DNA from: a virus
Taxonomy: Duplodnaviria > Heunggongvirae > Uroviricota > Caudoviricetes
Length of the DNA: 64,000 nt
IMG/VR virus record: IMGVR_UViG_3300028888_000113
Strand: one strand, 5' to 3'
The translations under genes and the position numbers were made by a program. Under the pieces are notes generated by a model that was given only the letters and a program-made list of their open reading frames with translations, did not search any database and was not told where the DNA came from. Below, one piece after another: positions 48,044-58,233 of this stretch. The stretch's first letter is position 1; the number at the start of each line of letters is the position of its first letter.

Positions 48044-48261
48044 AAATCAGATCTCCACATTTTATTCTTTACTTCTTCGTAATCTTCTATCACGTCTATG
48101 CTGTGACCGCTATACTCTATGGTGGTATAGCGAGGCTTAACACCCCAGGACAACTTGGTCTCTGGATTGGCATAGACAGCCTCGATAGAGTCAGTTCTGA
48201 TGATCACCTTCTCACCATCACTGATACATGTCACTTCAATGAATCCTGCAAGATCAACCAT
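48040..48261 (-). CDS. Hypothetical small protein
   Basis: 73-aa ORF. Confidence 0.3.
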   Translation of the reverse strand: MVDLAGFIEVTCISDGEKVIIRTDSIEAVYANPETKLSWGVKPRYTTIEYSGHSIDVIEDYEEVKNKMWRSDL

Positions 48262-48976
48262 TCTTCAATAATTCAATGGCTTTCTCCAGAGCCTCATTGA
48301 CAACTTCCTCACGCAAGCAACGCTCGAACTTACGACCCTTGGCCACCTTCTCACGCTCAGCACGATAGCTCTCCAACAACTTGATACAACGATCCTTCGT
48401 CATCTTGCTCTCAGGCTTCGACTCAGGCTTAGGCATCTTGTTGGCATAGACATTGCCAAGGTCCACTTTCAGCGAATAGCGCTTAGGATCCAAAAGACTC
48501 TCCTTGATCTTCTCGTTCCACTTATCGAAATCCATCAACCATGACTTGCCATAATCACGCCCACCACCAAAAACAATCCTCTCCAAAGGACTCACATGGC
48601 TGCGTATAGCTTTCATCCTATTGATAAGTTCCTGTTCCGTCTCTTCCGGTACGCCTTTCACCCCAGGACGATAACGTTCACCCTTGAAATCGTACATCGT
48701 ACCATCGTCGAACTTCATAAACAGACCATCCTTATTAAACTCAACAGATGTCTGTGAAGCAACATGACTGCGGTTGACAACATTATCAACAACAGAAATC
48801 AGCACAAAAGCAGGAAACTCATATTTATAATCCCTGCCATTGACACGGAAATAAACACCGTAGCCTTTAACGGTAACATTCTCAATCCTGCCTATCACAC
48901 CACGAAGATCAATCTTCATCTTATCGGTACATAACCAGTCAGGAGCAAACTTTACCAAATCACCACGATTAAACAT
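48254..48976 (-). CDS. Hypothetical protein (first gene of leftward operon)
   Basis: 240-aa ORF directly left of the divergent control region. Confidence 0.35.
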   Translation of the reverse strand: MFNRGDLVKFAPDWLCTDKMKIDLRGVIGRIENVTVKGYGVYFRVNGRDYKYEFPAFVLISVVDNVVNRSHVASQTSVEFNKDGLFMKFDDGTMYDFKGERYRPGVKGVPEETEQELINRMKAIRSHVSPLERIVFGGGRDYGKSWLMDFDKWNEKIKESLLDPKRYSLKVDLGNVYANKMPKPESKPESKMTKDRCIKLLESYRAEREKVAKGRKFERCLREEVVNEALEKAIELLKNG

Positions 48977-50028
48977 TTGGCTAATATGAACGAACTCAAA
49001 CGATAAAAATAGACCAAAATACCATATCGGTCACTAAAACCAAACTGATTCACAACAACTTACAAGCAGAAAATAACGATATATCGAAAATTTCCAGCCT
49101 AAGCCATTTTAGTCTATCGTACCTATCTTAAATTAACCAAATTGCGATGCAAAGATACAACTTTTCGTTAATATCGTGCATTTTTATACATAAAATCCTT
49201 TGTTTATTAGGATTTTTTAATGAACGATATTATTTTTCGCCACCTATATATGATCAGTAGAGTGAACGATATTGTGACATCGTGGGCCAAAATAAAGCCG
49301 CCTGAGAGGAATTGTTAAAACGACCTGAAAAAATGGGGAAAAAATATTTTTGAGGCGACCAAGCGCACAAAAAGCGTGCCAGCAAAGGGGGTGGTAGGGG
49401 TATTAAAGGGTATTTAACACTCTTTGCAAAATTTAGTTAATATTTACACAAAACCCTTTTGTTTACACATTTTTAACACTATATTCTATATTATACCCAA
49501 TAATATAGCATTGTAAATTAATTTTATTTAACACTATTTCCTTGGTTTAACAAATTTTTAGGATTCGCGCCACCTCGTCGCATTCTTTTTTCTTTACAGA
49601 CTTTTTGTCAGTCGAATTTATTTTACACGTTCCTTGATTTATATCAAGTATATTTATACGCTTATGCAATTTATCTCCGGAAAGTGCTTTAAACACAGGG
49701 TTTGCGTTTTTTGGATATGCAGTAATTTCGCGAATCGAAGTAAAAAGGTTTTACATCAGATCTGGCCTAATATTTAACTTGCAATAACATTCCAGGCTGT
49801 TTGTTTAGATCTGTTAAGGAATCAGGCTATATTATGCCATAATACGGCGAAAGTTTAACTAATTTTTACTTGTGTGCGGACACATGGTAAAACGTAAGTT
49901 ATTGATTATCAGCGAGTTAGCACTATTATTTTGTAAAGTTTTTTGGGGTATTGCAAGTATCGTAAAAATGTCGTATCTTTGTAATACAAGAAATGAATAA
50001 GATTACATGTTTAACAAAGGTGCGGTAG
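48977..50028. promoter_or_regulatory. AT-rich divergent control region (candidate lysis/lysogeny switch, repeated operator-like motifs)
   Basis: 1-kb non-coding gap between divergent operons. ACGATAT-type motifs at 49076-49086 (palindromic CGATATATCG), 49170-49177 (inverted), 49222-49231 and 49264-49273. TTTAACACT at 49413, 49472 and 49527. Confidence 0.5.
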
Positions 50029-50580
50029 GTGTTAGGCACGCTGCAAATGCAGAGAAAGGACACCACAAATATTATGAGTAAAAAGAATGTAGAGAACATC
50101 GAGAATCAGAAAGCCGCCATCGAAGAGGGCCGCGAGTTGTCAATGCGTGAGAAAGTTGCAGCCTATATGGCTAACCACGCTGCAGAGCATTTTGCTGCTG
50201 CTTGCAACGATGTCGAGTTAGAGGATGTTGAAGAGTTGCTCGCCAACACTAAGAAAGAAGAGGGCGTTTATTGGTTGTTTACCTGTCCCGTGATTGGTGG
50301 CACTAACTCTAAGACCGGAAAGCCCAACCCCACGAAAGAAGAGTGGGAAAGCGCTAATCCTGACGCTGTGAGAGTTGACAACCTTGCCGGCCGTCAGTGG
50401 TACAAGAAACCTAAGACTCTGAATGATGCAACCGATATTGTGACGATTGCAAGCGGCTGGAATCGCTACAACGATGCTATCGAGGGTGCAGAGAAGAAAG
50501 TCGAAAACACTTTGGCCGCTGCTGCTGCTATCTTAGGTATCACGGTAGAAGAGTTGAAAGCGCTGAAAGGTATTAAGTAA
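50029..50580 (+). CDS. Hypothetical protein (first gene of rightward operon)
   Basis: 183-aa ORF followed by a strong terminator. Confidence 0.4.
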   Translation: MLGTLQMQRKDTTNIMSKKNVENIENQKAAIEEGRELSMREKVAAYMANHAAEHFAAACNDVELEDVEELLANTKKEEGVYWLFTCPVIGGTNSKTGKPNPTKEEWESANPDAVRVDNLAGRQWYKKPKTLNDATDIVTIASGWNRYNDAIEGAEKKVENTLAAAAAILGITVEELKALKGIK

Positions 50581-50605
50581 GCATCCAGCGAACACCGACG
50601 AAAAA

Positions 50606-50645
50606 ATTAGGTAGGGATTTTTCCCTACCCAATTTTTTTTGTACC
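50606..50645 (+). terminator. Intrinsic terminator (GGTAGGGA-TTTTT-TCCCTACC + T9)
   Basis: Perfect 8-bp stem followed by CAATTTTTTTTTG. Confidence 0.7.
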
Positions 50646-50767
50646 AATTTTTTCTGTAATGCAGCCAGGTCAGCAGATCTGAGAGTCACAAGCCTCTATG
50701 AATTGCAGAGTGCAGGAGAAACGGGCGAGCCGAACGAACAGCCCGAACAATTAAAACGAACGAACGA

Positions 50768-51067
50768 ATGAATTATTTGAACGAACAATTCTCTGAGTTG
50801 GCAGTTATCAGCCACAGAGAGACGGGAGAACGGATTGAGGTTTGGCCAGGTTTATTTATGAATCTGTCATTCCCAGTTGTAGAGTTGACGAACGCAGGAA
50901 GAACTTATCTTCGTGCTCTCTGCAAAGACTATTGTGCAGATAAAGTTACTGCAGACGAGGTTGTGAACAATTTCCGCCTGATTGCTGAAACGATAGACTC
51001 TGGCTACACACTTGAGATTCAAGACAAATTTGGAAGTGAGTTTACGAAACTTTTACTTGAAAATTGA
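50768..51067 (+). CDS. Hypothetical protein
   Basis: 99-aa ORF. Confidence 0.35.
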   Translation: MNYLNEQFSELAVISHRETGERIEVWPGLFMNLSFPVVELTNAGRTYLRALCKDYCADKVTADEVVNNFRLIAETIDSGYTLEIQDKFGSEFTKLLLEN

Positions 51068-51073
51068 ACGACT

Positions 51074-51289
51074 ATGTTAGCAATTGTAGCAGAAAGATTT
51101 CTCAGATGCGCACAGCGTCATCTTGACGAGGCAAAAGGATGGTTAGAAATCGCTGAACAAAGAGACGATCTGTTTGGTAAACGGTACGCGAACAAGAAAA
51201 CCGAGTGGCATCTTGATATGGCCCGTTACTGGCAGATGGCAGCGAACAATCTACATTATGTTCCTGGCACATGGGCATATAAATTCTGA
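51074..51289 (+). CDS. Hypothetical protein
   Basis: 71-aa ORF. Confidence 0.3.
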   Translation: MLAIVAERFLRCAQRHLDEAKGWLEIAEQRDDLFGKRYANKKTEWHLDMARYWQMAANNLHYVPGTWAYKF

Positions 51290-52157
51290 ACACAGAGCAC
51301 ACGGAGTACGATTCTCCGTGTAATGTGGCTCACCTCACGGTGAACGGTTGCAAGCCCGTATAAACAGCATTCAAATGGTTAGATCGTAGGTGGAGACCGA
51401 TGGCGTACTCAGTACGAAGTAGGAATAGCCACCGCCACGCAGAAGAAACCGAGAGGTACGAGAGTACGATGACCGACTTACACGGGCGTTAGGCCGCAGT
51501 GATTTCGAGAGTACGATGTGAGCGAGCATTACCTGTAAGGGGAGTATTCGGGAACGATGGCAGTCGGAGTTTAACGATTGCAAGTGGTGTGCCAAAAGCC
51601 CCTGTGTTCCAACAAATCATATTCTTTAGATTATTTCTCCCGTGAGGGAGTACGATAATAACGGCTGGCTACTTGCCGAGTACGACTTGAGCAATCAAGT
51701 ACGATAATATCAGCGGATATTTCGTGGTGGTTCCCGTCGAAAGTACGATAACACATTTAATCACTTTAGGATGTATCGAGCCGCGTGCTTGAGCTGCATG
51801 ACACCCCACCGCCGTAGATGGATTTGATGTTCGTCTGGACGTGTAGAGGAATCTTGCAGATAAGTACGATGAACGGCTGCAATGAAAGATATTAATGGGT
51901 GAGATACCCACAGCATAAAGAACGGCCTGGCAGATGACCTAATCTGCCAATATCCCACGGTTGCGGCAAAGATGCCCTGCTTAGTCAGGAAAGTCGCAGG
52001 AGAATTAACGAAGTGGGAGAGACTACGGGAGAGAGTACGATGCTCTGAGATATGCGGCCCTCCAAAAGCTAACAAGCTGGAGGTGTTTATGGACCGCGAA
52101 CTATACTCGAAGACGCGCTGCTCTCTCTTTCTACAAACCATTTAAATAAGTACGATT
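51290..52157 (+). repeat. Non-coding region with ~11 dispersed same-orientation copies of AGTACGAT(G/A/T)
   Basis: Exact AGTACGAT at 51305, 51463, 51510, 51649, 51698, 51742, 51863, 52034 and 52149. Variants at 51411 (AGTACGAA, inside palindrome CGTACTCAGTACG) and 51679 (AGTACGAC). First copy sits in the loop of hairpin CACGGAG-TACGATT-CTCCGTG. No + strand ORF of 60 aa or more. Confidence 0.6.
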
Positions 52158-52367
52158 ATGAAACAGAGAATTATTTTGCATCTGACTATGTTCGTAGTCC
52201 TGATGCCTTGTTTGCTTGTGTTCAATGTCAGCAATGATTGTTGGATTAACCTGCTTGGTCTCATTTACTGCTGCTATCTTATTATCGTGTTGAATGAGAG
52301 TAAGAGAGCGCAGAAGTTTGTACGTCGTTACTATCATGAGATTCTTCGCTTGGAGAGCATGATGTAG
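52158..52367 (+). CDS. Small membrane protein
   Basis: 69 aa, two hydrophobic segments. ATG directly preceded by the last AGTACGATT copy. Confidence 0.35.
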   Translation: MKQRIILHLTMFVVLMPCLLVFNVSNDCWINLLGLIYCCYLIIVLNESKRAQKFVRRYYHEILRLESMM

Positions 52368-52436
52368 TCTGCCTGATATTTGTGGCGAAAAAGCTGCAAA
52401 TATCGCTCATGTTTAACCAACTAAAATGATTGATTT

Positions 52437-52706
52437 ATGGCAAAGTTAGATTTACTTAAAAAGGCCGCTCAGATTCTCAGAAAGAGCGACCATTATCTGA
52501 GGAACAAAGAGAGTAATTTCTCCAGCAGATTCGATTTTGTTCAGAACAAACAGAACGGCGCAATCAGTGTGTTCAATGCAGAGAAGGATAACGATCTATT
52601 CCTGTGGGATGATTATCTAAATTGTGTTGTCGGTGCTCTTGGTTTGAGTCACTACATCACGGTTGACAAGTTTGATGTAAAGAAGCTTGTGTACTACATC
52701 TATTAG
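52437..52706 (+). CDS. Hypothetical protein (cassette-array gene)
   Basis: 89-aa ORF bounded by the stereotyped intergenic module. Confidence 0.35.
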   Translation: MAKLDLLKKAAQILRKSDHYLRNKESNFSSRFDFVQNKQNGAISVFNAEKDNDLFLWDDYLNCVVGALGLSHYITVDKFDVKKLVYYIY

Positions 52707-52764
52707 TCTCTCTTGGCTGGCTTGCATGTCAGCCAACAAGTAATAACCACTAAAAACAAAGATT

Positions 52765-53019
52765 ATGAAAAAGAAGTTATTTGCGACAAATGCGATTTTC
52801 CGCTGTATTGTCACGCTCAAGAACGGATTCCACAAGACTCTGAGGCTGACCATCGACAAGGTGGCCATGTTCAACGCTGCATTCAAGCAAGTAAAGGAGG
52901 TTGGTCTGCTTAACGCCCGTTACACTGAGTTCATGAAGAAGATAGAATTGAACGGCTACGAGATCAAGTCGTGCAAGTTCTTCAACGAGAGGACGGGAGA
53001 GTTATTCCTGAGCCTGTAG
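52765..53019 (+). CDS. Hypothetical protein (cassette-array gene)
   Basis: 84-aa ORF. Stop TAG followed by TCT-hairpin-box. Confidence 0.35.
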   Translation: MKKKLFATNAIFRCIVTLKNGFHKTLRLTIDKVAMFNAAFKQVKEVGLLNARYTEFMKKIELNGYEIKSCKFFNERTGELFLSL

Positions 53020-53539
53020 TCTTATTTGCGGCCCGCGTGGCCGTACAATTCAACCAAACTGATAGATTATGAATATCTTCAAAGTATTGAAGCACAAGAG
53101 CGGCTTTTGGTACGTTGGCAAACTGCTGACTGTTGACCCTGATGGTGTTCCTGTATATCAGAGACTATCAGAGCTGTATTGTTACAGAGGATGGGCACTG
53201 AATTTTGCCCGTCGTATGTGTATCAAGTTATCGTAGCCTTTTCGGCATGGGTGGGTTTTATTCGTTCGTTCGCCTGCCTGTGCTGCTACAAACCAATTCT
53301 ATATAATTATGCCACAACAGAGATTTATTATCATGTACGAGGATCTGTACTACACTACAGAGCCGCCAGTGTGGGGACCTACGTTCACACCGAACAAAGA
53401 GAAGGCCCACATGTTTTCATCTGAGAGCGAGGCACGTAAGAAAGCCGACGATCTTGCTACGTTCCGTCTTTCTGTTTTGCCTGTTTAGTCTCTTTTCGGC
53501 TCTTGCAAGGGCCGAACTATTCACCAAATTTTTAGAATC

Positions 53540-53938
53540 ATGAATATTGTAGATCAGATTATGAACGAGTATCGTCAGAGACCGAATCATGGGATCCAGT
53601 TTTCCATTGAGTCCGAAGCGTATAAGTGTAGGGTGGGGGACAGGGTTTCCTTTGGCGACAATACTACCGTGTTGCAGTGTGGGAGTTTCTACAACTACCA
53701 GGACATTATCCTTGACGGCAATGTCATAGGTTATCTTGAAGAGGTACAGAGTGGCAGGCTGTTCGACCCGATGACTATTTCATTCGTCATCCCGATTGCC
53801 GACTGCTCAGAGCAAGATGTATGGGAAAAGATGCTTGTACAATTCGCCGGCAATCCACATCTGAGTGACGAGGGCGAATCTCTTGTGTTGCGCTTCGCCA
53901 CACTGAATCAGATCCTTGACCACCTCTCAATCAATTAG
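53540..53938 (+). CDS. Hypothetical protein (cassette-array gene)
   Basis: 132-aa ORF. Confidence 0.35.
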   Translation: MNIVDQIMNEYRQRPNHGIQFSIESEAYKCRVGDRVSFGDNTTVLQCGSFYNYQDIILDGNVIGYLEEVQSGRLFDPMTISFVIPIADCSEQDVWEKMLVQFAGNPHLSDEGESLVLRFATLNQILDHLSIN

Positions 53939-53983
53939 TCTCTTGCAGCCGAACGGCTGCACTATTCACCAATACATACGAAT

Positions 53984-54292
53984 ATGAAAGCAATACAAGT
54001 CTTGAATTGGATTATCAAGCAAAGTATCTCAGGAGAAATCCTAAACTTTGTTGATGTCCCTGCTGAGAATGACGAGTTTACACCACAAACCGAAGAGTGG
54101 TGGACTGAGCAGTTTGGTTTTCCACCTCCAACACCAATCAAGGAAGGGAAATATCTCTACTATTACATGAGTTCTGAAATGGAATGGATTACTGATGAAA
54201 TAGGTTTTGAGCCTGATGTAACAATAGAGTTGCCAAATGAGGATAATATGTTTGGATCAGATCTTATTTACCTTTATCGCATGGAGGATTGA
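53984..54292 (+). CDS. Hypothetical acidic protein (cassette-array gene)
   Basis: 102-aa ORF. Confidence 0.35.
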   Translation: MKAIQVLNWIIKQSISGEILNFVDVPAENDEFTPQTEEWWTEQFGFPPPTPIKEGKYLYYYMSSEMEWITDEIGFEPDVTIELPNEDNMFGSDLIYLYRMED

Positions 54293-54517
54293 CTATGGCA
54301 AAGGCAAAACTCAAATGGCTCACGTTCACTGATAATCCTCAGTGGGGCCGTTATTTTATCGGAGAGAGCGACACCAGGAGCGAGGCCGTTGACAAAGGTA
54401 AGGCAGCAGGCAAAGGAAAGTTTGTCGTGGAGCGTCGCTACAAATGGAAGTAGTCTTGAGCGGTTCTTGCATGAGCCGCACAATATAACCTGAATATAAC
54501 CCAAATATAACCCGATT

Positions 54518-54766
54518 ATGATTGAAGTGAAGAAAACCACCTATATGGTGGATGGATGCCAGGAGCCTTGCTTTGAGGTTTCCGACGGCTACGCTATGGT
54601 CCGTATTGCAAAGATGTACCACTATATCGGTGGGAATACTCTTGCAATGAGTGAGTATCTTGATGGCGAGTGGAATGGCTCAGACGAGTGGGATGGAGAT
54701 TTCGATTCTCTCACGGAGTCAGACGCAAAGGCTCTTGCACTCAAGTATTCTGCTTATCTCGATTAG
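54518..54766 (+). CDS. Hypothetical protein (cassette-array gene)
   Basis: 82-aa ORF. Confidence 0.35.
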   Translation: MIEVKKTTYMVDGCQEPCFEVSDGYAMVRIAKMYHYIGGNTLAMSEYLDGEWNGSDEWDGDFDSLTESDAKALALKYSAYLD

Positions 54767-54824
54767 TCTCATTATCATTTTCGTGATGTCGCGAAAATGA
54801 TACAATAACCAATTATTTACGATT

Positions 54825-55313
54825 ATGGAATTACTTATCATTAACAACGCATTTGCAGATTGTTTCACTATCTGCATCGATTCAGAAGTAAGCGTAGGCA
54901 TTGAGCGGGCCAAGAAGTCTTATGAGCGTGACAAGGCTACATACGAAAGCCATCTTGTAAACTATCCGAACATGGCTGACCATTGGCAGTTTCAACTTGA
55001 CAAGACAAACAAAATCCTGCAATCCGGCTTCCGTGCCGTTACATGGGAAGAGTATTGCAAACTCCAGCGTGAAAGATGGCTTAGCAAAGAGCCGAAGGAG
55101 ATCACAGAAGAAGACTTTTACTACGCTTTAAATGTCCTGCCGCCTAAGAAATGGATCCGCAACGAGCGTTATTCCATGTTTTTCATTGGAGAATGTACTA
55201 CCATGACTTTCTATGGTCAGTATCTACAAGACAAGGAAAGCGGTAAATACTATTATGCCATGGCCGACATCTCCGACGAATCCACTTGGCTTGACAAGAT
55301 GCTTAATCTCTAA
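54825..55313 (+). CDS. Hypothetical protein (cassette-array gene)
   Basis: 162-aa ORF. Confidence 0.35.
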   Translation: MELLIINNAFADCFTICIDSEVSVGIERAKKSYERDKATYESHLVNYPNMADHWQFQLDKTNKILQSGFRAVTWEEYCKLQRERWLSKEPKEITEEDFYYALNVLPPKKWIRNERYSMFFIGECTTMTFYGQYLQDKESGKYYYAMADISDESTWLDKMLNL

Positions 55314-55333
55314 ACTTCCTGGCGATTATCGCC

Positions 55334-55708
55334 ATGAAGTACAACACACCAATATTTACGATTATGATTATTACAGAAGAAACAAAGAAACGCTTTATGC
55401 GTATGCTTGCTGACATGCAGATTATTGTCATTCAGCACAAGTGTCACCGTGCTTCTTACTTGTTCAAGTTTATCGGTGCCAACGATGCAGGCAAATGGGA
55501 TTTCACACCTATGGTTGTAGATGTTGCTGGTATCGAGTACAATGGCGAAATGAGCACGGAAAACCTATCTGTTTTAGGCAAGGATGCTGCAGACATTCTC
55601 ACCAAGGTTGTCAAGAAATTGATGTGCGGAGGTAATTGGATGTTTGCAGAGACCTACCACGAAATCTATGAGAAGGTTCGCGAGCATATCACAACCTTCT
55701 ATATGTAG
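55334..55708 (+). CDS. Hypothetical protein (cassette-array gene)
   Basis: 124-aa ORF. Confidence 0.35.
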   Translation: MKYNTPIFTIMIITEETKKRFMRMLADMQIIVIQHKCHRASYLFKFIGANDAGKWDFTPMVVDVAGIEYNGEMSTENLSVLGKDAADILTKVVKKLMCGGNWMFAETYHEIYEKVREHITTFYM

Positions 55709-55768
55709 CCTCTAATCATTTTCGTGACCTCACGAAAATGGTACATTAACCCCTAAAAATAAAAGAAT

Positions 55769-56098
55769 ATGGAAAATTCAATTATGACAGATGCAAAGCG
55801 CATCAACGAGATTACTGGCCGTCCGATGGCAGAGTGTGAGAAACAGGCTCAGCAGATTGCAGAGTGTATCAAGGAAATGAACAGTCGAATCGTTGAGTTC
55901 TACTACATGAAGAAAGATGGATCCAAGCGTCAGGCGTTCGGCACATTGCAGCCGGAGGTGATTGTTCCTATTATCAGTCAGGCACCAGAGCGCAAGCCTA
56001 ATCCCGACCTTGTGACGTACTACGACACAGAGGCACAGGCATTCCGTTCTTTCAAGAAGGTCAATTTCATCGAGTACGTCAAGCAATCTCAGGCATGA
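55769..56098 (+). CDS. Hypothetical protein (cassette-array gene)
   Basis: 109-aa ORF. Confidence 0.35.
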   Translation: MENSIMTDAKRINEITGRPMAECEKQAQQIAECIKEMNSRIVEFYYMKKDGSKRQAFGTLQPEVIVPIISQAPERKPNPDLVTYYDTEAQAFRSFKKVNFIEYVKQSQA

Positions 56099-56296
56099 AC
56101 AAGTTCGTTGTATATGCCTGGTGTTTCTTTCTTGCCTCACTGACATTCGGTATATGGACTATCCCGATGGTCATTGTGGCAGTACTATTGATTCTGTTTC
56201 TTCTCCGGAAGAAACCTGATTGGTTCAAATGAAAAGTCTCAAGCCGTGCAAAGGACACGGCACTCATTATGTTTCACCATTTAAAAAGAAAGAATT

Positions 56297-56770
56297 ATGA
56301 AAGAGATCAAGAAAACTATCGAGAGCTACAAGTATGTTTACGTTGCCATTGACGGAACAGAGTTCGAAGACAAGGAAGAATGCTGCAAGTACGAGCATAG
56401 TGCGAAAGGTGTAATTGTGACGAAGTTCTTGCCGCTTGTTGTAAAGCAGAAGACAGAGTTCGAGATTTTTGGTGCAGGGAATGATGATTCTATGATTAGC
56501 ATCGTGAAGCTCGAATCTAAGGAAGATGCAGACATAGTTCTGCAGCTCTATCTCCTGAACAATCCTTATATGGCCAAGGATGACAGAAAGAAAGATCTCG
56601 AAGCTATTGCTTCACGCATTCGTCGTGCTGCCGAGCAGAGAGATTACATCTTCATCGGTCACGGTTACGAAGGTGATGATTTTTGGTTTGCAGGAACACG
56701 CAATGAGCATATTGAATGCCTCAACAAAATCTGTGAGCCAGAGACCGAAACCAAAACTGCATCTGAGTAG
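56297..56770 (+). CDS. Hypothetical protein (cassette-array gene)
   Basis: 157-aa ORF. Confidence 0.35.
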   Translation: MKEIKKTIESYKYVYVAIDGTEFEDKEECCKYEHSAKGVIVTKFLPLVVKQKTEFEIFGAGNDDSMISIVKLESKEDADIVLQLYLLNNPYMAKDDRKKDLEAIASRIRRAAEQRDYIFIGHGYEGDDFWFAGTRNEHIECLNKICEPETETKTASE

Positions 56771-56821
56771 TCTTTATCTCCCTTTGCATAGGGAGAGCTT
56801 CTAACCACAAAATTATGAAAT

Positions 56822-57028
56822 ATGAAAAGAACTGAAATTGTATTAGAGTTTATGAAGGTTGTTGCTCCTGTTTTTGCTCAGCAGGGCAGTGCGTTAATCA
56901 AGCAGTTGGCCGACGCAGGTCACGATCCCAGTAAATGCACATCTGGCGGCATGGACTTGCTTCATGCTTATGCAAAGAGCGCAAGGGAGTGGGCCGAAGC
57001 TTTTGCAGACGAATACGAAAAGGATTAG
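56822..57028 (+). CDS. Hypothetical small protein (cassette-array gene)
   Basis: 68-aa ORF. Confidence 0.3.
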   Translation: MKRTEIVLEFMKVVAPVFAQQGSALIKQLADAGHDPSKCTSGGMDLLHAYAKSAREWAEAFADEYEKD

Positions 57029-57082
57029 TCTCTCCAGGAGCCTTAGCATAGGCTCCTACTATTCACCAAAACATTACAGAAT

Positions 57083-57589
57083 ATGAACAAAGACAAATCT
57101 ATCTACGCTTGCTATGAAGAAATCAAGCAACGTGAAATCAGTGAGCTAATGGAGAAAGTACGTCTCATGAAAGGACAATACGTTTTTCAAACTCTCGAAG
57201 CTCCATGCGTCTTGGTAAACTTCGACGATGGGCCGTGTGAAGATGTGCGTGTTGGCTCTGTTGAGATTCAAAATGTCAGTGAGACAGAGATCCTATGTAT
57301 CTTTGACACATTTGGAAATCAGATAAAGCTATCTGATATTGCCTACGGCCACATTGAGTTCATAACAGAGTCTATTCCATGCAGGACATTCTCACAAGAA
57401 AGTTTCTGTATATCAAGACTGAGCCGTGAAGACCTTGATAGCATAGGTTTTGATACGTCAGATATTGATGACAAGACAATGCAGAGACTTGCAGAGAAGC
57501 TTGGCGATGACTATTGTGAACAGTTATTCTGGACTTCGCTTGAGATTATTGCAGAGGAAGGGTTCAATATTCCCCGCAAAGAAGGATGA
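57083..57589 (+). CDS. Hypothetical acidic protein (cassette-array gene)
   Basis: 168-aa ORF. Confidence 0.35.
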   Translation: MNKDKSIYACYEEIKQREISELMEKVRLMKGQYVFQTLEAPCVLVNFDDGPCEDVRVGSVEIQNVSETEILCIFDTFGNQIKLSDIAYGHIEFITESIPCRTFSQESFCISRLSREDLDSIGFDTSDIDDKTMQRLAEKLGDDYCEQLFWTSLEIIAEEGFNIPRKEG

Positions 57590-57697
57590 TCCGAAGAGGA
57601 CGATGATGACGAATAGAAGTCATAATTGTAGTTTTTAGTTGGTTGAGGTGGGGCCGTTTACAGCGACCTCACCTTTCAATTATTCACCAAAAACTTA

Positions 57698-58177
57698 TTG
57701 AATATGAAAATTGACATTTGCAAAGTAACCAGTAATCCAGATTTCGCAAGGATGGCTGCAGAATATCTTGCATACTCATTGCAGGACGTGAAGACGTATC
57801 AAAACCTCACCCCAAAGGAGCGAGAGATTATCAGCGAGGAGATGTTCAATAGCATTCAGCATCTTGACACAAGACAAATGTTCACCGAATTGAAACAGAA
57901 ACACCCAGACGCAATCTTGCTTTTCAGAATAGGTGATTTCTATGAGGCTCGCGACAAAGATGCAGAAGTCTGCTCAAGCATCCTTGGCATCACGCTTACG
58001 GTCAGAACTAACGACAAATTGGCAGGCTTCCCACATCATGCACTTGATACATATCTGCCAAAACTCATTCGTGCCGGCCATCGTGTAGCCATCTGCGATC
58101 AGTTGGAGGATCCGAAAATGACAAAGAAACTCGTAAAACGAGGCATCACAGAACTTGTCAGCCCCAGACTTACTTAG
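57698..58177 (+). CDS. Stand-alone MutS domain I (mismatch-recognition domain) protein
   Basis: [24 protein letters not shown]...ITLT.R...[32 protein letters not shown] aligns to the E. coli MutS N-terminus (HPEILLFYRMGDFYELF...PMAGIPYHAVENYLAKLV..GESVAICEQ..DP), including the mismatch-contacting Phe-x-Glu. 159 aa with no ATPase domain. Confidence 0.7.
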   Translation: MNMKIDICKVTSNPDFARMAAEYLAYSLQDVKTYQNLTPKEREIISEEMFNSIQHLDTRQMFTELKQKHPDAILLFRIGDFYEARDKDAEVCSSILGITLTVRTNDKLAGFPHHALDTYLPKLIRAGHRVAICDQLEDPKMTKKLVKRGITELVSPRLT

Positions 58178-58233
58178 CCTCAGCCATTTTCCCATTATCG
58201 GGAGAATGGTGCTCTAACCAAAATTTTAAGAGT

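Noticed and set aside
51371-52141. Three - strand ORFs (74, 80, 126 aa) inside the AGTACGAT repeat region
   Set aside because: Opposite orientation to the whole operon, odd composition, and they overlap each other. More likely non-coding. Cannot be fully excluded without expression data.
51290-52157. Possible CRISPR array
   Set aside because: The repeat unit is only 8-9 bp, the spacing is irregular (19-171 bp) and no cas genes are present. Not CRISPR.
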